A stretch of 64,000 bases of DNA from Tubiluchus corallicola (GCA_030141605.1 JAQGDQ010000835.1:1-64000), one strand, 5' to 3'. Shown: positions 1-12,554, counted from the stretch's first letter. A program made the numbers and translations. The notes: a model not told the origin generated them from the sequence alone.

Positions 1-924
1 CGAAGAGTTAAAAACTGAATTATAAAATAAAGTGTTTCTGAATAATAACTTCGTTCTCTCTCGTGTTATTAATTCATTATGGTATCATTGTCAGAAACTT
101 TAGTGAATGCGAAGCTCACTAGGTTACTAGTGTAGTGACCTGTTGTCTAGGGTATTTTTCCATCTCAGATAGGTGAAAGATCTTCGATTCTACAATATAC
201 GTGTATTAGAAATTGCTATTAAAAATGTAATATTCACTACCATGGAGCTCTAGGACCGCCCCTGCCTAATATTACATGTGGATCCATTTGGTGATGTACT
301 GTTTGTAGTGGAACATAAACTTGAACACTAAACCTATGGTGAGTATGTTTATTAAGTTATAACAATCATTCCAAGCTTTCATTGTAAAGGGATTACAAAT
401 TGCTGTAATTTTTAGTCGTAAACAATAGTTCCTGTGGGAACTAATACACGTACATTTAGCTTAAAAATTTTAACTGTAAATTCGTTTCAGTAAGTAAGTT
501 GAACTTGGTTCTTCAACTTACATTAAATGTAATACAGTACATATTTAATCAATATGCACTGTATTAAGCTTGTATTTGTGAATGCATAGAGCTCTTTCCA
601 TTTCTGCGGTAAACTTTAGCGGTAACAATTCTACAGGTACATGATTGCGTAACACTTATACTATAATTCGCTAACAGTGCGTAGCTTTTATACACTATTT
701 CGCAATCAAAATTTACTTCAACTACTGAGCAAACGCCAGCAATACTTCATTGTACTTCGTTCAGTTAGTTAAAATGCACCAGTGGTAGTTTGTGAATATA
801 AATGTTGTACAGTCCTTTCACTGAATCTTAATAATTGAGTACCCAGGGTGCTCAACAAATATAAGGAAAAAGGTACCAGAGTCTGATTTTTGCTACCTGT
901 GTAAACACTAGTGTCTTTTATTAG

Positions 925-1090
925 GAGTGTAAGCTGGTGCAGTCGTTTACAAGTCATGCTCATACTGGCTGTATCAAGGCAACAGCTGTATCACCAAATA
1001 AATACCTTGCAACCGGAAGTACAGACGAAACAATCAAAGTTTATGACTTGAAGACAAGAGCTGAATATGGCACTCTGTTAAAGCATGACG
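925..1090 (+). CDS. PAK1IP1: PAK1IP1 coding exon (ECKLVQSFTSHAHTG...LLKHDG)
   Basis: Acceptor tttattag, donor G|gtatg; WD repeat ATGSTDETIKVYD. Confidence 0.9.
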
Positions 1091-1487
1091 GTATGAACAT
1101 TTGTCTAGTTTCATTGAACGTATACAATAAGTTCTCGCTTAACGACGCCTCGCTTTAATGACACTAATCCTTTGAGACCTTTTTTTAATGTCGCATGTTT
1201 CACTTTAATGACAGTTTTTGTCAGGCTTGTTTATTAAATATTGTTTACTGCATTGGCACACGATAAATTCAGAGGTAATAATTTGCCCAGCTAAGCAACT
1301 GATCGCAGGCAGTCAGACACACAGCTAGGCAGACCACGATGATTCACTGCTTTCCCATGTTTAGATAAAATTCCTCTCATGTTACACGGCTAAATAGTGC
1401 CTTCATTTCATTCGCATTTTAGACATAAAACTAAACTTGGTAGTAGTAGTAGTAGTAGTAGTTGTAGTAGTAGTAGTAGTAGTAATC

Positions 1488-1521
<34 letters not shown>

Positions 1522-4500
1522 TTATTTTCATGATTACATCTTCTTCTATCATGATAAATCTCATAATCAGGAATGTCGTGCCTTCCAGAAATAATTTGGA
1601 TAGAAGGCGTACCATCAGTGCATTCATTATTGCAATTAAGATCAAGCTAATTTGATTCAACACTGAAATTAAGAAATTATTTATAGATTTCAGTGCAGCA
1701 GCTGCAATGCTGCTTACCATGGCAAAACACCCAGACACTTTAAAGTAAGAATTTGTGAACATTTGGGTATTTGGTCCAGAACTGGCAAGAAATTAAAAAA
1801 TTCTCCTCAATCCAGCATTAATGACCATATTTGTGCATCTGGCCACAAAGCTAATTTTTATCATTTTAACATTGTGACCAGAGCTGCAAATAACTGGGAC
1901 TTATTAATAAATAAGTTTATCTATGTACACTAATAAAACTTCTCTTAATGTACAAAGCAGTTCAGTTCATTTAACTTTATTTTCAAACACTTGGCTATTT
2001 GTTACTGTATCAATTTCTTTACTTGAATTCTGCTTATTCATTACCTATTTCGCTTCTGTTAACTACTTAATTAATGCATAATGTTCTAAACTGTAGGTTC
2101 TGCCTATATAAACTGGTTGCATGTTTGTAAAAATTTACCACTGATGATGACAGCCTATATAAACTGGTTGTATGTTTGTAAATATTTACCACTGATTATG
2201 ACAGCAGTAGCTTTATCGAAACGTTTGACATGATTTTTTAACTATGTAAAATAAGTTTTAATAAAGTTCTGGTGTTTTAACTAGAAATAAAGATATAGAT
2301 TTTTTTTGTATGCTTTCTTTGTCAACTTTGTCAACGTACATGTCAACTTTGTTTTAAATCAAATGTGAACAGCACTTTTATGCGACATGGTGTACTTATT
2401 ATAGGAAGCATAACATGTTTGCACTTTCATGGTAACAGCCGAATGTTCAGTTGTAGTGAGGACGGTACCATCTGCGTTTGGAAGACTAGCAACTGGGAAT
2501 GCATAAGAACTCTTGCAGGTCATAAGTAAGTAGCCATCTTTTTGCAATAATACTAGTAGTTGCCAAATTTTGCACGTGATCAATAATGCACAAACATTCT
2601 ACATAGTTTTTGCTTGTTGCTTCTTCAATGATGGTAAAGTAACACATATGACAATTATAAAAAATAATAATACAAGCTCTCTCTGTGAAACGGTAATACA
2701 GTAGGTGATGAAGATGCCCAGAACAGCCATGTCATTTCTCAAGGCTGTTCCAAATAGCTTGTAGCACAGGGGGTAGGGGTGGTGAAACAGATCTTTGAAA
2801 TACACCCTTACCATTTCATCCAGTATCTTGTTAAACAAAATTATCCATCCCGTAGACTGTTTCTTCATGTGGGAGTGCTTCTTTTATCTAAACTGTGGGA
2901 ATGTTTTGTCTGGAGGGTGTTTTTGCAGAATTTCACAGAATTTGAGAGCGTGGATTCAAGAAAGCGCTCCTACTGCACCTTAAGCTACAAGCTATTTCCA
3001 ATGATATATACCACAACAGCTCTTTCAGTCCAATTCATTACCTGTCAGCTTGATATGTTTTGAAAAAAAATGGGCAAAGATGCACTCTTGGAAGTTTTCG
3101 ACTGTGTTCCTTGATCTGCTTTTCAATTTGGAGAAATAACCCCATGACAGTTTATTTGATGTACTGCTTGTCACAAATAGTTCAACAGAGAAATTCACAA
3201 ACAATATATGGATTGATAAGTAAATAAACAAGTCTATAAACATACTTAGAGAACTCATTATGCATAGCAAACTCGTCCTTAAGTCAGCAATTAAGCTTTT
3301 CTAGTTATTCACATATCCCGAATCTCCATTTTATGAGGATCACTTTGATACCAGGTTCATCGCTCTATGTTATTTCTAAGCTGAGATAATCCATGTTGAA
3401 GTTGAGGTGCAGGCTATGCACTGAAAAACATAATCTTCAGAAAAACGATGTCGCTTAGCAACCGTACGAAAGTGTGGTTGCTATGGATTTTACAAGAGCA
3501 AATTGAAGTTACATTTAAATCCCGTAGATGGCTAGATCTGGTCTTGTCAACAGGAAAAACTAGAAGCAAAATGACTGCTTTCACGAGGTACTATCGGAGT
3601 TTATCTACAATTGCAGTACTAGTTTCTAGTCAGAAAAGTGGGCATGGGGTTATAAAATTAAATTGTTAGTATATTTTGAACATTTTCTTGATAAATTCAT
3701 CCAATATATTTAGTATTTGTTTTTATAAAAAACAAAAAATTAACATTTGACCAAATTTTTGGTGCATTCTACTTTGAAGCATCGAAACGTAGTTTTAAAT
3801 ATGCCGATTTATTGGTGGTTTTGGTTTGCAAGCACACTTACATAGATAGGCCACAGACATAATTGTTCCATATAATAGCATTATCAGTTTTGTACATTAC
3901 AAAATGACCAATAACCTGATGTCTTTGATTTTAGATCGGGTGTTAATTGGATAGCTGTTCACCCTTCAGGAAAGTTGGCTCTATCCGCTGGAAAGGATAA
4001 GACGCTGCGCACTTGGGATCTTCACAAGTTCAGACAAGCTTTTGTTATTAACCTCAAGTATAGTAAGAACATGATAGTTAACTAAACGCTGATTTTAGTT
4101 AATTAGTTAAGCATTAGCCTAATAGGAAACCTAATACTTAATTAAGCTAAACTCACCAGCTAAACAAACTTTAAATCTTCTACTCACAATATTTCATCAA
4201 AGAGGTTTTAAAGGGGTTTTGTAACTTGGCAAAATCCATAGACTAGTAATCATCAAAATACAGAATACTTATTAACCTATCAAAATTCTTTTTTGGCATA
4301 ACTTCTTTAAAAAAATGTACAAGCAGGTTTAAAAGTTGAGCAGCTATTATGACACGTGCTCCTGACTATATGTCATATGCAAGAATCGAGCTATTAAATT
4401 AGTGTGCACTGACAAATCTTTTGCATTGATACTTCGCTTTGGTAGGACTGTTGAAGTTTCCCATGTGACTTTGCATGGAATACTGCAGTCACATCTAGGC

Positions 4501-7500
4501 CGGTGCCTCGTCTTGTTTACCTTCACCAACTTGACATAGTGGAAAAGTGTGTTGTTAATCATGTTTGATCCGATCTAGTGCCAACCAGGCTGTCTTTTAT
4601 TTGTCAAAGGTCAGTTGCCATATTAATCCTCTTTTATCGCTACTTCTACGGAAGTCTGGGAGAAACTGTCATGACCACTTCCACACTGATTCCTAAACGT
4701 CGACGGTTTGGTCATAGTACTTTTTTCTTTGCTTCTCATAGGTTTACCATGGACATTCGTAAATTTTGAACAGCTGCTTATAAATCTAGTTTTCTTCCCT
4801 CGGCCTTTTTATCTGTGGAATTCCCTACCAAATAATTGTTTCCCTGTAAACTACAGCTTCACTCCATTCAAGAAGAATAGCAGCTTGTGTCCTTCAATAG
4901 AAGACTAGCAAACTATTTTATGAATTGCATATGTGCAGATGTGTCCTCATATATTCAGCACCATATCCCGAGTGACCTTCAACCTTGTCTGGGGTGATTT
5001 TTATATTGAAAAAAACAAGTTAGCATATTGTCGAAAATTGCTACTAAACGTGATGTAATTTTTAATAAAAATTTATAAAATAACATTGATTCTTACTGCT
5101 TGGAAAAATTGTTGAAATTTGGAGTTTACATACCAATCAGAAATTTGATTCAGTCAGAAAATTCACGACTGAAATGCGTGCAACATGCTAAGTTTTTCTT
5201 TGATGAAGCGGGTAATTAATTATGATTAGCTGTAGCACATTTGAAAATAGTGAACTATATTAGAATGTGCAAATCAGGGTTGTTACCGAAACTGAAATTA
5301 CAACCCGAAACCGAAATTTATGAACCACAGGAAACCGATACCAAAACAAAACAAAACCAAAATCATTTTTGCAAAACCAACTACTATCAAAACTGGAAAA
5401 ATTCTGAAATAAATAAAACACTTTTTGTTTCTGCTTGTTTGCTTACATCTGTTCTAATACAAACTTGATGAAGTAGCAAAAAATTTTTAACGAAATAGGT
5501 ATAGAGATGTTTACGGTTAAAGATCATGTAGCTTCAAAAAATGTTATTTTGTTTCTATATTTCATAAATTAAACTTGCTTTTATTCAAATTACGCTTTGA
5601 TATTTCGGTTGATTGTGCCTGGAAACTTAAAGCTTCACATTTGTCAGCACTGAAGATATGCCGCATTGCCATAAAAAGCATGCTACAAATAGTACCAAAA
5701 GTTAAATAAATGATAATTTCGCTTTATTTAAACTATTTTAGCCAAAATTTTTAAGCAATTTAAAAGAAACATCTAAAAGAAAAGAAATGTACACTAACAA
5801 AACCTCGGAAAAATGCTACCGAAAATTACCGAAAGTTTTTGGCTGCAAAGCTTAATCATTTTCGACTACAACAAAACTGAATGGAAACTGAAATTATCGG
5901 CAAACCATTATGAAATTTTTGTTTCAGCAACATACCTGGTATAAATTGTTTTTATAAGAATTGATGCATCTCAGTTGAGGTGTTGTTTAATTCGTGTACA
6001 CGAGTTTTGTACTTTAGTACTTCTACGAATGCCATCTACTCTTCATGCCTATCACGTACATGTCTTGTTTTCTTTTGCAGTTGCTGACCAAGTGCACTGG
6101 TCCCCTAATGGAAGCCATTATGTTGTATTTCAAGGAAACGCTGCAGATGTTTATGATGTAGAAACAGGCGAAATTGTCTACACATTTAATTTCCAGCATC
6201 GGATAAACACATTGTGTTTTATCACCGTAAGTACTGCTTGGGAGCTTGATTGTTTTTGTTACGCGCACTTAACTCAGTTCATGTATTAGATTACAATCAT
6301 ACCTCCGTTGTCTACCGTCTTCGTACTCGTACTAATTGGTTTTCGACCAGAAAATTCAAGCTGAAATTGTCTCCACTCTCGACCAGAATTTCGGTACTCG
6401 ACCAACTGCCAAACATGTGATGAACACGTGCGTGGCGAGCCGAGTAGAGCCGAGAGTAACCTACCATGCCAGAAAGTAGTCACGCACAACATTTGAATCG
6501 CCTAACATCGCTAAGTGCTTTCCTCGCTTATTTTTCCTGGATTACATTTAATTTTGTGTTATACTTAACCCCAATCATATCTCCTAAGAGGAGTGCAAGT
6601 CTTTGTAATTCTATTATGTTTGTATTACCAATTATATCATATCTACTGTTTGAATAAACATTTTTGCAGTATTGTATTTCGTTTTAGTAATACTTTACAG
6701 TTCATTTGGTGCTTGAGAATGGATTATTTGTTGTTGCATAATTTCTTATTTGAATAAATGATTCAGTACACAACCAAATCGGTTTTCAAATTTTTTTAGG
6801 AACGAATTATGGTCGAAAACAGAGGTACTACTGTATGACCTCTTCCGTAAATTTTAAATTAGTCTTTTTTGTTAATAATGAGATTGCTGTCTTTGTCAGT
6901 AGCCCTTTTTAGAGTTTTCCCTTGTGCATACGTATCGATGGGTCAAAAGGAAAAGGTAGCCTGGTACTCTCTTACCACAACAACTGTTAGTCTGGTACTC
7001 TTGTTTCATTATGGAAATGACATCGAAACGCGTAATGCATGTCTTTTGTATGGATTAAATTAAATTAGGTTGGAGTAGTAATTAAACTGATAGAGTTTGC
7101 TGATAGAGTTTTTGCTACAGTCAAATTCTGATTCTGAAATGGCATTACTACAGTCTCAGTTCTGAATCATGTTCAATACGTTTCCTGACTTTACGGATGA
7201 ATTTCTACTTAATTTAAACGATTTTTTAAAATTCTTTGGACATCACGAGGCTAGACAAAACACACAATTTCAAACTAAAGTACACATGTTGGTGCTTTAT
7301 AGCTTGAAGTTGCGCCGAAACTATCCAGGCTGACTATGAAAATCTACATTTAGGTTGTAATTGTAGAAACCTCACTACAGTACAGATGATTCTTGTCTAC
7401 GATCATCGTGGTTCTAGGGTTACATGAATTCCCACAGTCACGGAAAAATCTTCAGTGATTGTCGCGTAAACTCTCTAATAATGTAATTCTAACATGACGC

Positions 7501-10500
7501 TTTTACCCAAATAAGATGACTAACATAAGAAGCTGTCAATGCGGGTGTAAATAAGCATTTCTCTAACCGGAACAACGGCAAAAGTGCGGTGCATACACAA
7601 AGCCATTGCTAATGTTGCTGGGTACACATAACCTCTTTTCACGATTATTGTCAATTTCTGGAATTCTGAAAACGTTTATTAAATGACAGAAAGAGTCGAA
7701 TTCTTATTATTCATTAAATTAGTCGATAATTCTGGAGCAGTTTATTTCCTAGGGCGGGTAATTAGTGAATGAGCTAATTAAAGATTAAGTGCATAGAGCA
7801 AACAACTTTGCCCAACAGTCGAAACTTTTCGGACAGGACCCAGACTTAATGGGTCTGTAAGAGCCAGTATGGGCCAGTAAGAGCTGAATTCGGTTGAACT
7901 TTGTACGAATGCTTCTTTTTAAACTAATGATACAGCAAAGTCGTAACTTGCCTCACACACACACACAAATCTTCTCCATTTGTGTTTCAAATATTTATAA
8001 AATTATAGTAATTACAACCCCAAAGTTTATAAAATATCCATTGTGGCCCTTTGTGGGTGTCGAAATGGCACTCAGCACACTTTTTCTAATCTGCACATGT
8101 AAATGTGGCTCGAGTGCTAGGCTGCAGGGAATGGTTTAACTCATTGAACATGCCTATGGATGTGTAATATACTATGTCAACTTCTCAGATTGCGTTTATT
8201 TGACTTTGAAGGTCAGATTTTGATTTACAATTTATTGAATAAATGCACACAAATTAATCTCTTTGCAGAGCGATGTTTTTGCCGTTGGAGGGGAGTCTAC
8301 GGATGCTAGTCTTTATAAAATTTCAAAGAAGCAGTGTTGGTTGAGGTTTAAAGCTCACGAAAATAGGTAAGTTCCGACAAAATTTTGGTAGCCTAAGAAT
8401 TTCTCTCGCCTTAATATGAAATTTAAAAGAAACTGCAAACTTTTTTATCAAAAAGACACTTTCTCAGTTGTAAATATGCTCTAATTTATTGAGTTGAAGC
8501 TGAGCTGATTCAGAAAGTTTTTGTCACTATCACTGCATGTGTCATGTGTGAATTGTGAACTCACAAGTGCGAATCACTTTTCAATTTATTGTCGGCTGCA
8601 AACTCTTCGACAGTTGCTGCTAGTTGATTTTCTGTCTAGTGTGAACGCCTCGGTGAGTTACTCTCGACACTTCATGCAGCGAATAGAGAAGAGTGTGAAC
8701 GCCTCGACGAGTTACTCTCGACACGTCTCGCAGTGAATAGAGAAGGGTGTGAACCCATCAACGAGTTACTTTCGACACTTCTCGCAGTGAATAGAGAAGG
8801 GTGTGAACGCCTCAACGAGTTACTCTCGACACTTCTCGCAGTGAATAGAGAAGGGTGTGAACGCCTCAACGAGTTACCTTCGACACTTCTCGCAGTGAAT
8901 AGAGAAGGGTGTGAACCCATCAACGAGTTACTCTCGTCACTTCTCGCAGTGAATAGAGAAGGGTGTGAATGTCACCACGAGTTACTCTCGACACTTCTCG
9001 CAGCGAATAAAGAAGGGTGTGAATGTCACCACGAGTTACTCTCGACACTTCTCGCAGCGAATAGAGAAGGGTGTGAATGTCTCCACGAGTTACTCTCGAC
9101 ACTCTCCCAGAGAATAGAGAAGGGCGTGAACGCATCGAAGAGTTACTCTCGACACTTCTCCCAGAGAATAGAGAAGGGTGTGAACGCTTCGACGAGTTAC
9201 TCTCGACACTTCTCGCAGTGAATAGAGAAGGGTGTGAACCCATCAACGAGTTACTTTCGACACTTCTCGCAGTGAATAGAGAAAGTGTGAACCCATCAAC
9301 GAGTTACTTTTGACACTTCTCGCAGTGAATAGAGAAGGGTGTAAAATTCGACGAGTTACTCTCGACACTTCTCGCAGTGAATAGAGAAAGTGTGAACCCA
9401 TCAACGAGTTACTTTCGACACTTCTCGCAGTGAATAGAGAAGGGTGTGTCAGCTTGCATATTACTTGGATTTTAGCCAATTAAAAGCGTAGAAATTCTCC
9501 TAACATTTGACCGAGAGCTACGTCACAAATGACTGATTGAAGAAACATTTAATATTTTTCAGAATTCGAATGATGTGTTGCGTGAAAGAGAACGAATCTA
9601 CTTTCTTGATGATGTCAGCGTCTAGTGACGGTTTCCTCAAAGTTTGGAGAGTTTCTCATTTAGACCAAGAGGTGAGTTCTTGCCTTTTATCAAGGTTTCT
9701 TAAATTGAATACAGTAATTACAGTAAACTCAAACACATCGGGACTTGAGAATTTGTTCAAGTTATGCGAAAGTACGACTTTGACAATGTTCGTAAGAAAA
9801 TAAGATTTAGTCGCTCATCAACGTCGGACAATACACTGCAGCTGGTGGAAATGACAAACTGTACCTTTAATCAAATATCAAACAACAATTATTCGTAATT
9901 TTTATGAATAATCAAAAATAAAATGACTCTTCTATTGCGGTCTGAGTAGCATGGTTAATAGAATGCGGCAGTAATAATATTGTGTGCTACATTAAACCGT
10001 GTTCGTCAAGCTACATTGCATTCAGTGTTCTGCTAAGGTAATACAAGAAATCTTCGCATTTTTGTTCGAGATAGGCGAGGTAATTTCAATGAGACATTTA
10101 AGAATTGTACCGGGAGTTCGGTTCCGGTGTTTGTTAAAGGGAAAATCGGTTCCATTTCCAGAGATCTGTTTGAGATCTACGCAAGAATTTGAGCTACACC
10201 AGTTTGAATTATAGGTAACTTACTGTAGTTAGTAAGTAGCCGTCATCTGTTGTCAAAAATATAAATAATTTTTTTGAATAGCTACAATTTATTAATATTA
10301 ACCAATTCAAAAGACTGGCAGACATATATGTATGTATGTATGTATCTATGTGTGTGTGTGTGTGCGTGTGTGTGTGCGTATGTATGTGTATGTATGTCAT
10401 TTATTTGGTACCAACCAAGTTATATAACTTACTGACTATTTACAAAGCAAAATTATATACATATGTTATATACATACATACATAGCACAAACATGATTAA

Positions 10501-12237
10501 TACTATAAAAATGTTTAATATAAAACCATTATTAATTTGACAACTGCTGCTTAATTGTACTACCTGTGCAGCTTCTAATTCAGTATCTCAGATTGACTTT
10601 ATTTTAAAGGAAGACTTCGCATACTTCACCATTTTCAAGCCCGATAAAACGTAAACATTTTAACACAATTAATACTGCAAAAGCATTTCTGATAATTAAA
10701 TAATAGATTAAAAACTTAATTAACGGCGGGCGACATCTCAGTTATTTGCTTTAGTCAAGTATTTCTTGAAGAAATGCTTTCTTCTTGCATTTAGCTTTTC
10801 TCATTTACATGAATTGTGACTTTACTTTGTATAAATTGTTGACTTTGTCAGGCTGGAGCAGAAGCGCCTCTGGTGGCTGAAGTCGACACTACTTGTCGGT
10901 TAACCTGTTTGACGGTGGTCTCAAATGTAGACGACAAAAGCATCACGAGCGATGCAGCAAGCTGCAGAGAGGCAGAATCAACTGACGTCTCTAGTGTGAA
11001 AGATGACGCGATAAATGGTAAGAGTTGTTTAAACACATTCATCTTACAACCTTTGGATGCAAGAGTAAAACTGATACAAAAACTTCTCTGGTTTCAAAGA
11101 TAATAGACAAATGCAATGCATGAAAGACAGGTTGTGCAATTAGTATCTGCATAACAATTAGACAAGTGTATTAATTAATACAAAAGGCAGGAAGTGTGAT
11201 AGTAAGATTTGTTGATGCAATACACATTTGCTCAAATTTAACCTGAAAATTTATTTGTTCTTCTTGTTTTAATTAACATCTTATAAATGTTATTTATGAC
11301 GTTAATGCACTGACAACCTGATGGCACGGTTCATGGCTCTGTGGATAAGTGTGCGTATTTCTCGTGAGTGGCATGCGGCAGCCGTGGGTTCGATACTCGT
11401 TACCAGGGAGTATTGTTTGTAAACTTTGGCTGTTTACTTCACTCAGAGAGGGCGTACGTGTGTCTGAACGTGGCCGAGGCAGCTCTACCGATTCAGAGGC
11501 CCGTTTTAGAGGTGTATCCTTGACATTGAGCTAACTTTCTGCAGTGAATAATCAATCTGTAATACACTGCTGAGCAATGCTGTCACAGTCTGGAACAAAT
11601 TCATTCTCATTAAGTTTTAGTACTAGAATCCAATTATTTTGTATTTTAAGCTCATTATGTTTAACAATGCGATGATTGATTTTGTTTAGTTAAATATAAT
11701 TTATTGTAGAATTGATTCAGACAGTTTCACGATTTTCTCCACATTAGACTGTGTTTGGTATTTACAAAGTATTTGCAAAGTATTTACAAAGTATTTGCAA
11801 AGTATTTACAAAGTATTTACAAAGTATTTGCAAAGTATTTACAAAGTATTTGCAAAATATTTACAGTGAAAATGACCATTACTACAAATGCTGACACCAG
11901 GTTTACAAAGATTATTTTTAAAAAAATTTATTCTACAAATGACTCACCTGGAATGCTTTAAACTTGGTATTATAATGGGTTGACTTGTTAAAAATGCACT
12001 TTTGACACCTGTGTTGCCATTGATGGATGATAGTAAGCAGGGTTGCCAGTTTTCTTTGTACACGGCATATGTCAGAATGGATTAAGTGTCTGATTGCAAA
12101 ACCAGTTGATTCAAAATCTGAGAATTTAGTTTCGGATGAATCGAAATTCTTGTTTTTTAGAGCTGGACAAGGCCACGTCGTCAGCGCGAGCTAAGCGGAA
12201 GAGAAAGAAAAAGAGCGAAGAATCGCAACGTAGCTGA
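925..12237 (+). CDS. PAK1IP1: PAK1-interacting protein 1 / Mak11-like WD40 60S biogenesis factor; spliced, 5'-partial; join(925..1090,2405..2525,3935..4062,6081..6226,8269..8366,9563..9671,10852..11017,12161..12237)
   Basis: All junctions are GT-AG with consistent phases. The spliced peptide has SHAHTGCIKA..ATGSTDETIKVYD..GSITCLHFHG..HPSGKLALSAGKDKTLRTW..HWSPNG..FKAHENRI..SASSDGFLKVW..RLTCL, collinear with the human PAK1IP1 sequence as I recall it. Basic C-terminal tail KRKRKKK. The N-terminal MELVAGxYE-type exon was not found. Confidence 0.92.
1437..1520. repeat. Compound microsatellite (TAG)n followed by (TAT)n
   Basis: Directly visible; explains the poly-V/L/S/I/T/N spurious ORFs. Confidence 0.95.
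1640..2290 (+). mobile_element. Penelope-like element 3' fragment (GIY-YIG endonuclease remnant plus pseudo-LTR)
   Basis: From 1676 translates IIYRFQCSSCNAAYHGKTPRHFKVRICEHLG..SSINDH..GH, the PLE-type GIY-YIG pattern. Followed by a terminal region with CTGATGA..GAAAC that is shared with the copy at ~27200-27550. Confidence 0.75.
2405..2525 (+). CDS. PAK1IP1: PAK1IP1 coding exon (SITCLHFHGNSRMFSCSEDGTICVW...GHK)
   Basis: Acceptor ttatag, donor AA|gtaagt; phase fits neighbours. Confidence 0.9.
3262..3837 (+). mobile_element. Sola1-like non-autonomous DNA transposon copy (left end eroded)
   Basis: Same sequence as 44694-45328 and 48530-49150; right end ttttggtttgcaagcacac. Confidence 0.7.
3935..4062 (+). 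CDS. PAK1IP1: PAK1IP1 coding exon (SGVNWIAVHPSGKLALSAGKDKTLRTWD...)
   Basis: Acceptor ttttag, donor gtaag; HPSGKLALS family motif. Confidence 0.92.
4480..5015 (+). mobile_element. Decayed CR1/Jockey-group LINE 3' fragment
   Basis: FFPR..LWNSLP..FP..Y..FK C-terminal ORF2 motif, ending in an A-rich tail. Confidence 0.55.
5275..5938. mobile_element. hAT-like MITE with repeated (C)CGAAA subterminal motifs
   Basis: Imperfect TIR cagggttgtt/gcaacatacctg; 8-bp flanks gtgcaaat/gtataaat. Confidence 0.5.
6081..6226 (+). CDS. PAK1IP1: PAK1IP1 coding exon (ADQVHWSPNGSHY...LCFIT)
   Basis: Acceptor tcttttgcag, donor gtaagt. Confidence 0.88.
6294..6833. mobile_element. Tc1/mariner (pogo/Tigger-like) MITE
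   Basis: TA flanks; imperfect TIR caatcatacctccgtt / aacagaggtactactg. Confidence 0.55.
8269..8366 (+). CDS. PAK1IP1: PAK1IP1 coding exon (SDVFAVGGE...FKAHENR)
   Basis: Acceptor ctttgcag, donor AG|gtaagt; FKAHENR motif. Confidence 0.9.
8640..9448. repeat. 54-bp minisatellite, about 14-15 copies, in a PAK1IP1 intron
   Basis: Unit gtgaatagagaagggtgtgaacccatcaacgagttactttcgacacttctcgca. Confidence 0.95.
9563..9671 (+). CDS. PAK1IP1: PAK1IP1 coding exon (IRMMCC...SASSDGFLKVW...QE)
   Basis: Acceptor tttttcag, donor GAG|gtgagt. Confidence 0.9.
9721..10225. mobile_element. Tc1/mariner (pogo/Tigger-like) MITE
   Basis: TA|CAGTAA ... TTACTG|TA termini. Confidence 0.55.
10325..10398. repeat. (TATG)n/(TG)n microsatellite
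   Basis: Directly visible. Confidence 0.9.
10852..11017 (+). CDS. PAK1IP1: PAK1IP1 coding exon (AGAEAPLVAEVDTTCRLTCL...)
   Basis: Acceptor tttgtcag, donor G|gtaag; RLTCL motif. Confidence 0.85.
11323..11560 (+). mobile_element. tRNA-derived SINE
   Basis: A-box-like TGGCTCTGTGG and B-box-like GGTTCGATAC with a non-tRNA body; a related diverged copy lies on the - strand at ~45350-45450. Confidence 0.6.
11757..11864. repeat. 11-bp tandem repeat gtattt(a/g)caaa
   Basis: About 10 copies visible. Confidence 0.9.
12161..12237 (+). CDS. PAK1IP1: PAK1IP1 terminal coding exon (LDKATSSARAKRKRKKKSEESQRS*)
   Basis: Acceptor tgttttttag, phase-compatible, basic NLS-like tail, TGA at 12235-12237. Confidence 0.75.
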
Positions 12238-12554
12238 CGTGCTCATTGAAATGGTGAAACCAGTGAGATTGTTTGCCCTTATGGGATGTATTCTTGGGCA
12301 AGAAATATAATTATCACTGTGTTAATGTGAAATCTTTGAGGTTATTTATGTTGTTTTCCACTTAAACTTTGCAAATGATGACTCCGCTTCACCTGACATT
12401 TGACACAAAGCAGTAGCTTAGCTAATAAGGAAGCAGAAGCAGCAACTTGGGCACGTTTTCAAGGAGCTGAAGCATTTTCAACAAGCTTTTTACTCTTTAG
12501 CTCACTTGTGCGATGAAAATCAATTTTTTTATTTTTTTATTCTCATTGCCTTAA

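Noticed and set aside
1397-1762. ORFs with poly-S/I/V/L/N/T runs
   Set aside because: Translations of the (TAG)n/(TAT)n microsatellite
8672-9479. Repeat-protein ORFs on both strands
   Set aside because: Arise from the 54-bp intronic minisatellite; frames are broken by indels and lack splice support
11323-11410. Possible tRNA genes (also 13424-13490 and 41770-41836)
   Set aside because: A/B boxes are present but there is no consistent cloverleaf or acceptor stem; better explained as SINE heads
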